From the NCBI GenBank assembly GCA_964016885.1, contig OZ024745.1:94116001-94180000 (forward strand): 64,000 nucleotides of DNA, given 5' to 3'. Position 1 is the first letter of the stretch; every line of letters starts with the position of its first letter. This document shows positions 52,217 through 64,000 of this stretch, in pieces. The position numbers were made by a program, and so were the translations under genes. The notes beneath the pieces are model-generated. The model had not been told where the DNA came from and did no database searches. It saw only the letters and a list, made by a program, of their open reading frames with translations. This DNA comes from Eledone cirrhosa (Eukaryota).

Positions 52217-55200
52217 GTTTAGCCCTAGGACAGCAATAATAGACCAAACCTATAGTGTAGTTTAGCCCTAGGACAGCAAGGATAACCAAACCTATAGTGT
52301 AGTTTAGCCCTAGGACAGCAATAATAGACCAAACCTATAGTGTAGTTTAGCCCTAGGACAGCAATAATAGACCAAACCTATAGTGTAGTTTAGCCCTAGG
52401 ACAGCAATAATAGACCAAACCTATAGTGTAGTTTAGCCCTAGGACAGCAAGGATAACCAAACCTATAGTCTAGTTTAGCCCTAGGACAGCAATAATAGAC
52501 CAAACCTATAGTCTAGTTTAGCCCTAGGACAGCAATAATAGACCAAACCTATAGTGTAGTTTAGCCTTAGGACAGCAATAATAGACCAAACCTATAGTGT
52601 AGTTTAGCCCTAGGACAGCAAGGATAACCAAACCTATAGTGTAGTTTAGCCCTAGGACAGCAATAATAGACCAAACCTATAGTGTAGTTAAGGCCTAGGA
52701 CAGCAATAATAGACCAAACCTATAGTGTAGTTTAGCCCTAGGACAGCAATAATAGACCAAACCTATAGTGTAGTTAAGGCCTAGGACAGCAATAATAGAC
52801 CAAACCTATAGTGTAGTTTAGCCCTAGGACAGCAATAATAGACCAAACCTATAGTGTAGTTAAGGCCTAGGACAGCAATAATAGACCAAACCTATAGTGT
52901 AGTTTAGCCCTAGGACAGCAATAATAGACCAAACCTATAGTGTAGTTTAGCCCTAGGACAGCAATAATAGACCAAACCTATAGTGTAGTTTAGCCCTAGG
53001 ACAGCAATAATAGACCAAACCTATAGTGTAGTTTAGCCCTAGGACAGCAATAATAGACCAAACCTATAGTGTAGTTTAGCCCTAGGACAGCAATAATAGA
53101 CCAAACCTATAGTGTAGTTTAGCCCTAGGACAGCAATAATAGACCAAACCTATAGTGTAGTTTAGCCCTAGGACAGCAATAATAGACCAAACCTATAGTG
53201 TAGTTTAGCCCTAGGACAGCAATAATAGACCAAACCTATAGTGTAGTTTAGCCCTAGGACAGCAAGGATAATCAAACCTATAGTGTAGTTTAGCCCCAGG
53301 ACAGCAATAATAGACCAAACCTATAGTGTAGTTTAGCCCTAGGACAGCAAGGATAATCAAACCTATAGTGTAGTTTAGCCCTAGGACAGCAATAATAGAC
53401 CAAACCTATAGTGTAGTTTAGCCCTAGGACAGCAAGGATAACCAAACCTATAGTGTAGTTTAAGCCTAGGACAGCAATAATAGACCAAACCTATAGTGTA
53501 GTTTAGGCCTAGGACAGCAATAATAGACCAAACCTATAGTGTAGTTTAGGCCTAGGACAGCAATAATAGACCAAACCTATAGTGTAGTTTAGCCCTAGGA
53601 CAGAAATAATAGACCAAACCTATAGTGTAGTTTAGCCCTAGGACAGCAATAATAGACCAAACCTATAGTGTAGTTAAGGCCTAGGACAGCAATAATAGAC
53701 CAAACCTATAGTGTAGTTTAGCCCTAGGACAGCAATAATAGACCAAACCTATAGTGTAGTTTAGCCCTAGGACAGCAATAATAGACCAAACCTATAGTGT
53801 AGTTAAGGCCTAGGACAGCAATAATAGACCAAACCTATAGTGTAGTTTAGCCCTAGGACAGAAATAATAGACCAAACCTATAGTGTAGTTAAGGCCTAGG
53901 ACAGCAATAATAGACCAAACCTATAGTGTAGTTTAGGCCTAGGACAGAAATAATAGACCAAACCTATATTGTAGTTTAGGCCTAGGACAGCAAGGAAAAC
54001 CAAACCTATAGTGTAGTTTAGCCCTAGGACAGCAATAATAGACCAAACCTATAGTGTAGTTTAGGCCTAGGACAGCAATAATAGACCAAACCTATAGTGT
54101 AGTTTAGCCCTAGGAAAGCAAGGATAACCAAACCTATAGTATAGTTTAGGCCTAGGACAGCAAGGAAAACCAAACCTATAGTGTAGTTTAGCCCTAGGAC
54201 AGCAATAATAGACCAAACCTATAGTGTAGTTTAGCCCTAGGACAGCAATAATAGACCAAACCTATAGTGTAGTTTAGGCCTAGGACAGCAATAATAGACC
54301 AAACCTATAGTGTAGTTTAGCCCTAGGATGTCAAGGATAACCAAACCTATAGTGTAGTTAAGGCTTAGGACAGCAATATTAGACCAAACCTATAGTGTAG
54401 TTTAGCCCTAGGACAGCAATAATAGACCAAACCTATAGTGTAGTTTAGCCCTAGGACAGCAATAATAGACCAAACCTATAGTGTAGTTAAGGCCTAGGAC
54501 AGCAATAATAGACCAAACCTATAGTGTAGTTTAGCCCTAGGACAGCAAGGATAACCAAACCTATAGTGTAGTTTAGCCCTAGGACAGCAAGGATAACCAA
54601 ACCTATAGTGTAGTTTAGCCCTAGGACAGCAATAATAGACCAAACCTATAGTGTAGTTAAGGCCTAGGACAGCAATAATAGACCAAACCTATAGTGTAGT
54701 TTAGCCCTAGGACAGCAATAATAGACCAAACCTATAGTGTAGTTAAGGCCTAGGACAGCAATAATAGACCAAACCTATAGTGTAGTTTAGCCCTAGGACA
54801 GCAATAATAGACCAAACCTATAGTGTAGTTAAGGCCTAGGACAGCAATAATAGACCAAACCTATAGTGTAGTTTAGCCTTAGGACAGCAATAATAGACCA
54901 AACCTATAGTGTAGTTAAGGCCTAGGACAGCAATAATAGACCAAACCTATAGTGTAGTTTAGCCCTAGGACAGCAATAATAGACCAAACCTATAGTGTAG
55001 TTAAGGCCTAGGACAGCAATAACAGACCAAACCTATAGTGAAGTTTAGCCCTAGGACAGCAATAATAGACCAAACCTATAGTGTAGTTAAGGCCTAGGAC
55101 AGCAATAATAGACCAAACCTATAGTGTAGTTTAGCCCTAGGACAGCAATAATAGACCAAACCTATAGTGTAGTTTAGCCCTAGGACAGCAATAATAGACC

Positions 55201-58200
55201 AAACCTATAGTGTAGTTTAGCCCTAGGACAGCAATAATAGACCAAACCTATAGTGTAGTTTAGCCCTAGGACAGCAAGGATAACCAAACCTATAGTGTAG
55301 TTTAGCCCTAGGACAGCAATAATAGACCAAACCTATAGTGTAGTTAAGGCCTAGGACAGCAATAATAGACCAAACCTATAGTGTAGTTTAGCCCTAGGAC
55401 AGCAATAATAGACCAAACCTATAGTGCAGTTTAGCCCTAGGACAGCAATAATAGACCAAACCTATAGTGTAGTTTAGCCCTAGGACAGCAATAATAGACC
55501 AAACCTATAGTGTAGTTTAGCCCTAGGACAGCAATAATAGACCAAACCTATAGTGTAGTTAAGGCTTAGGACAGCAATATTAGACCAAACCTATAGTGTA
55601 GTTTAGCCCTAGGACAGCAATAATAGACCAAACCTATAGTGTAGTTTAGCCCTAGGACAGCAATAATAGACCAAACCTATAGTGTAGTTAAGGCCTAGAA
55701 CAGCAATAATAGACCAAACCTATAGTGTAGTTTAGCCCTAGGACAGCAATAATAGACCAAACCTATAGTGTAGTTTAGCCCTAGGACAGCAATAATAGAC
55801 CAAACCTATAGTGTAGTTTAGCCCTAGGACAGCAATAATAGACCAAACCTATAGTGTAGTTTAGCCCTAGGACAGCAAGGATAATCAAACCTATAGTGTA
55901 GTTTAGCCCCAGGACAGCAATAATAGACCAAACCTATAGTGTAGTTTAGCCCTAGGACAGCAAGGATAATCAAACCTATAGTGTAGTTTAGCCCTAGGAC
56001 AGCAAGGATAACCAAACCTATAGTGTAGTTTAAGCCTAGGACAGCAATAATAGACCAAACCTATAGTGTAGTTTAGGCCTAGGACAGCAATAATAGACCA
56101 AACATATAGTGTAGTTTAGGCCTAGGACAGCAATAATAGACCAAACCTATAGTGTAGTTTAGCCCCAGGACAGATATAATAGACCAAACCTATAGTGTAG
56201 TTAAGGCCTAGGACAGCAATAATAGACCAAACCTATAGTGTAGTTTAGCCCTAGGACAGAAATAATAGACCAAACCTATAGTGTAGTTAAGGCCTAGGAC
56301 AGCAATAATAGACCAAACCTATAGTGTAGTTTAGCCCTAGGACAGCAATAATAGACCAAACCTATAGTGTAGTTAAGGCCTAGGACAGAAATAATAGACC
56401 AAACCTATAGTGTAGTTTAGGCCTAGGACAGCAATAATAGACCAAACCTATAGTGTAGTTTAGCCCTAGGACAGCAATAATAGACCAAACCTATAGTGTA
56501 GTTAAGGCCTAGGACAGCAATAATAGACCAAACCTATAGTGTAGTTTAGCCCTAGGACAGAAATAATAGACCAAACCTATAGTGTAGTTAAGGCCTAGGA
56601 CAGCAATAATAGACCAAACCTATAGTGTAGTTTAGCCCTAGGACAGCAATAATAGACCAAACCTATAGTGTAGTTAAGGCCTAGGACAGCAATAATAGAC
56701 CAAACCTATAGTGTAGTTTAGCCCTAGGACAGCAATAATAGACCAAACCTATAGTGTAGTTTAGCCCTAGGATGTCAAGGATAACCAAACCTATAGTGTA
56801 GTTTAGGCCTAGTACAGCAATAATAGACCAAACCTATAGTGTAGTTTAGGCCTAAGACAGCAATAATAGACCAAACCTATAGTGTAGTTTAGCCCTAGGA
56901 TGTCAAGGATAACCAAACCTATAGTGTAGTTAAGGCCTAGGACAGCAATAATAGACCAAACCTATAGTGTAGTTAAGGCCTAGGACATCAATAATAGACC
57001 AAACCTATAGTGTAGTTTAGCCCTAGGACAGCAATAATAGACCAAACCTATAGTGTAGTTTAGGCCTAGGACAGCAATAATAGACCAAACCTATAGTGTA
57101 GTTTAGGCCTAGTACAGCAATAATAGACCAAACCTATAGTGTAGTTTAGGCCTAGGACAGAAATAATAGACCAAACCTATAGTGTAGTTTAGGCCTAGGA
57201 CAGCAATAATAGACCAAACCTATAGTGTAGTTTAGCCCTAGGACAGCAATAATAGACCAAACCTATAGTGTAGTTAAGGCCTAGGACAGCAATAATAGAC
57301 CAAACCTATAGTGTAGTTTAGCCCTAGGACAGCAATAATAGACCAAACCTATAGTGTTGTTAAGGCCTAGGACAGCAATAATAGACCAAACCTATAGTGT
57401 AGTTTAGCCCTAGGACAGCAATAATAGACCAAACCTATAGTGTAGTTAAGGCCTAGGACAGCAATAATAGACCAAACCTATAGTGTAGTTTAGCCCTAGG
57501 ACAGCAATAATAGACCAAACCTATAGTGTAGTTTAGCCCTAGGACAGCAATAATAGACCAAACCTATAGTGTAGTTTAGCCCTAGGACAGCAATAATAGA
57601 CCAAACCTATAGTGTAGTTTAGCCCTAGGACAGCAATAATAGACCAAACCTATAGTGTAGTTTAGCCCTAGGACAGCAAGGATAATCAAACCTATAGTGT
57701 AGTTTAGCCCTAGGACAGCAATAATAGACCAAACCTATAGTGTAGTATAGCCCTAGGACAGCAAGGATAACCAAACCTATAGTGTAGTTTAAGCCTAGGA
57801 CAGCAATAATAGACCAAACCTATAGTGTAGTTTAGGCCTAGGACAGCAATAATAGACCAAACATATAGTGTAGTTTAGGCCTAGGACAGCAATAATAGAC
57901 CAAACCTATAGTGTAGTTTAGCCCCAGGACAGAAATAATAGACCAAACCTATAGTGTAGTTAAGGCCTAGGACAGCAATAATAGACCAAACCTATAGTGT
58001 AGTTTAGCCCTAGGACAGAAATAATAGACCAAACCTATAGTGTAGTTAAGGCCTAGGACAGCAATAATAGACCAAACCTATAGTGTAGTTTAGCCCTAGG
58101 ACAGCAATAATAGACCAAACCTATAGTGTAGTTAAGGCCTAGGACAGCAATAATAGACCAAACCTATAGTGTAGTTTAGCCCTAGGACAGAAATAATAGA

Positions 58201-61200
58201 CCAAACCTATAGTGTAGTTAAGGCCTAGGACAGCAATAATAGACCAAACCTATAGTGTAGTTTAGGCCTAGGACAGAAATAATAGACCAAACCTATAGTG
58301 TAGTTTAGGCCTAGGACAGCAATAATAGACCAAACCTATAGTGTAGTTTAGCCCTAGGACAGCAATAATAGACCAAACCTATAGTGTAGTTAAGGCCTAG
58401 GACAGCAATAATAGACCAAACCTATAGTGTAGTTTAGCCCTAGGACAGAAATAATAGACCAAACCTATAGTGTAGTTAAGGCCTAGGACAGCAATAATAG
58501 ACCAAACCTATAGTGTAGTTTAGCCCTAGGACAGCAATAATAGACCAAACCTATAGTGTAGTTAAGGCCTAGGACAGCAATAATAGACCAAACCTATAGT
58601 GTAGTTTAGGCCTAGGACAGCAATAATAGACCAAACATATAGTGTAGTTTAGGCCTAGGACAGCAATAATAGACCAAACCTATAGTGTAGTTTAGCCCCA
58701 GGACAGAAATAATAGACCAAACCTATAGTGTAGTTAAGGCCTAGGACAGCAATAATAGACCAAACCTATAGTGTAGTTTAGCCCTAGGACAGAAATAATA
58801 GACCAAACCTATAGTGTAGTTAAGGCCTAGGACAGCAATAATAGACCAAACCTATAGTGTAGTTTAGCCCTAGGACAGCAATAATAGACCAAACCTATAG
58901 TGTAGTTAAGGCCTAGGACAGCAATAATAGACCAAACCTATAGTGTAGTTTAGCCCTAGGACAGAAATAATAGACCAAACCTATAGTGTAGTTAAGGCCT
59001 AGGACAGCAATAATAGACCAAACCTATAGTGTAGTTTAGGCCTAGGACAGAAATAATAGACCAAACCTATAGTGTAGTTTAGGCCTAGGACAGAAATAAT
59101 AGACCAAACCTATAGTGTAGTTTAGCCCTAGGACAGCAATAATAGACCAAACCTATAGTGTAGTTAAGGCCTAGGACAGCAATAATAGACCAAACCTATA
59201 GTGTAGTTAAGGCCTAGGACAGCAATAATAGACCAAACCTATAGTGTAGTTAAGGCCTAGGACAGCAATAATAGACCAAACCTATAGTGTAGTTTAGCCC
59301 TAGGACAGCAATAATAGACCAAACCTATAGTGTAGTTAAGGCCTAGGACAGCAATAATAGACCAAACCTATAGTGTAGTTTAGCCCTAGGACAGCAATAA
59401 TAGACCAAACCTATAGTGTAGTTTAGCCCTAGGATGTCAAGGATAACCAAACCTATAGTGTAGTTTAGGCCTAGTACAGCAATAATAGACCAAACCTATA
59501 GTGTAGTTTAGGCCTAAGACAGCAATAATAGACCAAACCTATAGTGTAGTTTAGCCCTAGGATGTCAAGGATAACCAAACCTATAGTGTAGTTAAGGCCT
59601 AGGACAGCAATAATAGACCAAACCTATAGTGTAGTTAAGGCCTAGGACATCAATAATAGACCAAACCTATAGTGTAGTTTAGCCCTAGGACAGCAATAAT
59701 AGACCAAACCTATAGTGTAGTTTAGGCCTAGGACAGCAATAATAGACCAAACCTATAGTGTAGTTTAGGCCTAGTACAGCAATAATAGACCAAACCTATA
59801 GTGTAGTTTAGGCCTAGGACAGCAATAATAGACCAAACCTATAGTGTAGTTTAGGCCTAGGACAGCAATAATAGACCAAACCTATAGTGTAGTTTAGCCC
59901 TAGGACAGCAAGGATAACCAAACCTATAGTATAGTTTAGGCCTAGGACAGCAAGGAAAACCAAACCTATAGTGTAGTTTAGCCCTAGGACAGCAATAATA
60001 GACCAAACCTATAGTGTAGTTTAGCCCTAGGACAGCAATAATAGACCAAACCTATTGTGTAGTTTAGGCCTAGGACAGCAATAATAGAACACACCTATAG
60101 TGTAGTTTAGGCCTAGGACAGCAATAATAGAACACACCTATAGTGTAGTTTAGCCCTAGGATGTCAAGGATAACCAAACCTATAGTGTAGTTTAGCCCTA
60201 GGACAGCAATAATAGACCAAACCTATAGTGTAGTTTAGCCCTAGGACAGCAATAATAGACCAAACCTATAGTGTAGTTTAGCCCTAGGACAGCAAGGATA
60301 ACCAAACCTATAGTGTAGTTTAGCCCTAGGACAGCAAGGATAACCAAACCTATAGTGTAGTTTAGCCCTAGGACAGCAATAATAGACCAAACCTATAGTG
60401 TAGTTAAGGCCTAGGACAGCAATAATAGACCAAACCTATAGTGTAGTTAAGGCCTAGGACAGCAATAATAGACCAAACCTATAGTGTAGTTTAGCCCTAG
60501 GACAGCAATAATAGACCAAACCTATAGTGTAGTTAAGGCCTAGGACAGCAATAATAGACCAAACCTATAGTGTAGTTTAGCCCTAGGACAGCAATAATAG
60601 ACCAAACCTATAGTGTAGTTAAGGCCTAGGACAGCAATAATAGACCAAACCTATAGTGTAGTTTAGCCCTAGGACAGCAATAATAGACCAAACCTATAGT
60701 GTAGTTTAGCCCTAGGACAGCAATAATAGACCAAACTTATAGTGTAGTTTAGCCCTAGGACAGCAATAATAGACCAAACCTATAGTGTAGTTTAGCCCTA
60801 GGACAGCAATAATAGACCAAACCTATAGTGTAGTTTAGCCCTAGGACAGCAAGGATAACCAAACCTATAGTGTAGTTTAGCCCTAGGACAGCAATAATAG
60901 ACCAAACCTATAGTGTAGTTAAGGCCTAGGACAGCAATAATAGACCAAACCTATAGTGTAGTTTAGCCCTAGGACAGCAATAATAGACCAAACCTATAGT
61001 GCAGTTTAGCCCTAGGACAGCAATAATAGACCAAACCTATAGTGTAGTTTAGCCCTAGGACAGCAATAATAGACCAAACCTATAGTGTAGTTTAGCCCTA
61101 GGACAGCAATAATAGACCAAACCTATAGTGTAGTTAAGGCCTAGGACAGCAATAATAGACCAAACCTATAGTGTAGTTTAGCCCTAGGACAGCAATAATA

Positions 61201-62153
61201 GACCAAACCTATAGTGTAGTTTAGCCCTAGGACAGCAATAATAGACCAAACCTATAGTGTAGTTTAGCCCTAGGACAGCAATAATAGACCAAACCTATAG
61301 TGTAGTTTAGCCCTAGGACAGCAAGGATAACCAAACCTATAGTGTAGTTTAGGCCTAGTACAGCAATAATAGACCAAACCTATAGTGTAGTTTAGGCCTA
61401 GTACAGCAATAATAGACCAAACCTATAGTGTAGTTTAGGCCTAGGACAGCAATAATAGACCAAACCTATAGTGTAGTTTAAGCCTAGGACAGCAATAATA
61501 GACCAAACCTATAGTGTAGTTTAGGCCTAGGACAGCAATAATAGACCAAACCTATAGTGTAGTTTAGGCCTAGGTCAGCAATAATAGACCAAACCTATAG
61601 TGTAGTTTAAACCTAGGACAGCAATAATAGACCAAACCTATAGTGTAGTTTAGCCATAGGACAGCAAGGATAACCAAACCTATAGTGTAGTTTAGGCCTA
61701 GGACAGCAAAGGTAATCAAACCTATAGTGTAGTTTAGGCCTAGTACAGCAATAATAGACCAAACCTATAGTGTAGTTTAGGCCTAGTACAGCAATAATAG
61801 ACCAAACCTATAGTGTAGTTTAGGCCTAGGACAGCAATAATAGACCAAACCTATAGTGTAGTTTAAGCCTAGGACAGCAATAATAGACCAAACCTATAGT
61901 GTAGTGTAGGCCTAGGACAGCAATAATAGACCAAACCTATAGTGTAGTTTAGGCCTAGGACAGCAATAATAGACCAAACCTATAGTGTAGTTTAAGCCTA
62001 GGACAGCAATAATAGACCAAACCTATAGTGTAGTTTAGCCATAGGACAGCAAGGATAACCAAACCTATAGTGTAGTTTAGGCCTAGGACAGCAAAGGTAA
62101 TCAAACCTATAGTGTAGTTTAGCCCTAGGACAGCAATGTTAGAGTAAACCTAT
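52217..62153. repeat. Satellite DNA array, ~9.9 kb, about 230 units of 43 bp (GTTTAGCCCTAGGACAGCAATAATAGACCAAACCTATAGTGTA) with 42-bp variants
   Basis: Period counted directly. Recurrent variants TTAAGGCC/TTTAGGCC/TTTAGCCC and AAGGATAACC. Confidence 0.97.
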
Positions 62154-62456
62154 GCTCAATGGTATATGAAGATTGTGGTAATGGTGGCTTTGGTAATGAT
62201 TGTGTGGTGGTGTTATTGTGGTAGTGGTGGTAACGATGGTGGTAGTGTAATGATGGGCTTGATAGTCACTTTTGATCAAAGTGATGTTCAACTATGACTA
62301 CAGATTCACAGGGAAGTCAATGAAATGTGATAAAGACCAGGAAAGTGAAGTGATTTGGAAAGGAATAAGAAGTGATATCATTTTTGTTGTTATATTATAG
62401 TAGTAGTAGTATTAGTAGTAGTAGTAGTAGTAGTAGATGTTGTGTTTGAGGTGGTG

Positions 62457-62492
<36 letters not shown>

Positions 62493-62917
62493 ACAGATGA
62501 TGATGATGATGTAGCTGCTGATAAACTGTTTTCTGATATCTATTTTTATTTATGTAATCACTTTGAGTAATGTAATCGCCTTATATACAAAAAAACCCCA
62601 CATTTATGATTTTAAATTTACATTAATAAACTAATGGAAATATCATCATATAGAGTTATTTTTTACATTAAGTAGAATTTAAATATTAAAGTCAGGAATT
62701 ATTGCATAATTTAACAATATCACACTATGATATTTATACCTAGGGTGCTGAGTTGGCAGGAATTGTTGAGGATTAGTGTTTAGTTCCTACCCTTTGTTAA
62801 AGTTCAAATTCTACTGGCAGGGAGGGTGAGGAGGTCCGTTATATTTACGAAGCTCATCACTAATGAACTAACGTCATTTTAATCTATTTGACATCTCCAT
62901 TTACAAATATAATTATC

Positions 62918-63105
62918 TGGCATTTGGCAGTACCAGTAGAGGGTCGGACGCCATGCTTTGACGCATAGAGTTACGGCCCTTGCCATTCTGAGTTCAAATC
63001 CCGCCGAGGTTAACTTTGCCTTTCATCCTTTCGGGGTCGATAAAATAAAGTACCAGTAATACACTGGGTTAATTGCTGGCCTTGTGCCAAAAGTAGAAAC
63101 AATTA
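62918..63105 (+). mobile_element. SINE family A
   Basis: Full-length consensus match. Confidence 0.85.
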
Positions 63106-63634
63106 ATGAACGAAATATGAATTCAGCTTAGTATACCAACACACAGATTTCAATTATCCTTAGGCCAGAGAGGGCGAAACTTTTAGCACGGCGTATCGAA
63201 ATTTTAATTTAATTTTAATTGAAAATGAAGGCAAAATTTTAAAGCATTGTGATAATATTAAATTTCGAAATAACTTGAAAGCGCAGACGATGTGTAAGAT
63301 GGTAACATGCATAATGTTTTTATTCAACATTTTCAGGAAAGTTTGAATAAAAAACATTTTTTGTTTCCCCATACTCATTATCTGGTATTTTAAGTGATTT
63401 ATAAATTTATTATCACAATATTTTATAAAATTACCCCCAAATTCAGTTTAAATATCCAAATGACATCTTAACCAAGTGAACAAAAGTATGTTATAAGTAT
63501 TATTTCTTTCCCAAGCATCGTCTCTTCTCTCTCTCTCACATTCTATCTTCCGGTGAACATATGGATAGCTTTTGGATTAATTAATTATTGTGGTGCAAAC
63601 GTCACAAAATCACACATACATATATACATACATA

Positions 63635-63681
<47 letters not shown>

Positions 63682-64000
63682 TTTTGTGACATTTGTTCCA
63701 AAATAATTAATTAATCCAAGTGTATGCCATATTAAGCGCTCCACGCTGGTTGTCAGTTCCATAGACGGTATAGGTCTTATAGGCTAGTATTTGACAAAGT
63801 ATTGATACATGAATTAATATCCAGACAGAATGTTGTAACTGTGATATCAACCATTGAGATAATATTGCCTTTTCCTTGCGGCATAAGTAATTCTAATTCA
63901 ATATAACGTAACACTAACTTAACATTTATACGACGTGTGTGTATATATGTGTTAAATGTGTCCAGGCATCTTTCCCAAATGTACCAATACCTTAATCTCA

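Noticed and set aside
52217-62153. CRISPR array
   Set aside because: Units are contiguous with no unique spacers, no cas genes are present, and the context is eukaryotic. It is a satellite.

Overview
This is AT-rich, microsatellite-dense eukaryotic DNA with no host protein-coding exon I can recognise. The SINE and repeat content suggests an invertebrate, probably a cephalopod such as an octopus (inference). Almost everything identifiable is mobile or repetitive. (1) A nearly intact Penelope-like element (RT + C-terminal GIY-YIG, probably Hydra clade) with inverted pseudo-LTRs at ~13.25-17.45 kb. (2) A 5'-truncated, disabled R4/Dong-like non-LTR element with a restriction-like endonuclease, inserted in tandem into (CATA)n at ~28.1-32.2 kb. 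(3) Many fragments of other PLEs, RTE LINEs, bipartite non-autonomous RTEs, Helitrons and a CRE-like element. (4) At least four SINE families and a pogo/Tc2-type MITE. (5) A ~10 kb satellite of 43/42-bp units that appears to derive from a SINE 3' tail. The most striking hidden layer is RNA structure. I could fold by eye six hammerhead ribozyme motifs with intact cores, two copies of a U4A core variant and several degenerate or half motifs. Several inversion or truncation breakpoints fall inside these hammerheads. All folds and family assignments were made by eye, without searches. Most long ORFs in the track (IY/YI/HT/VC repeats) are microsatellite artefacts.
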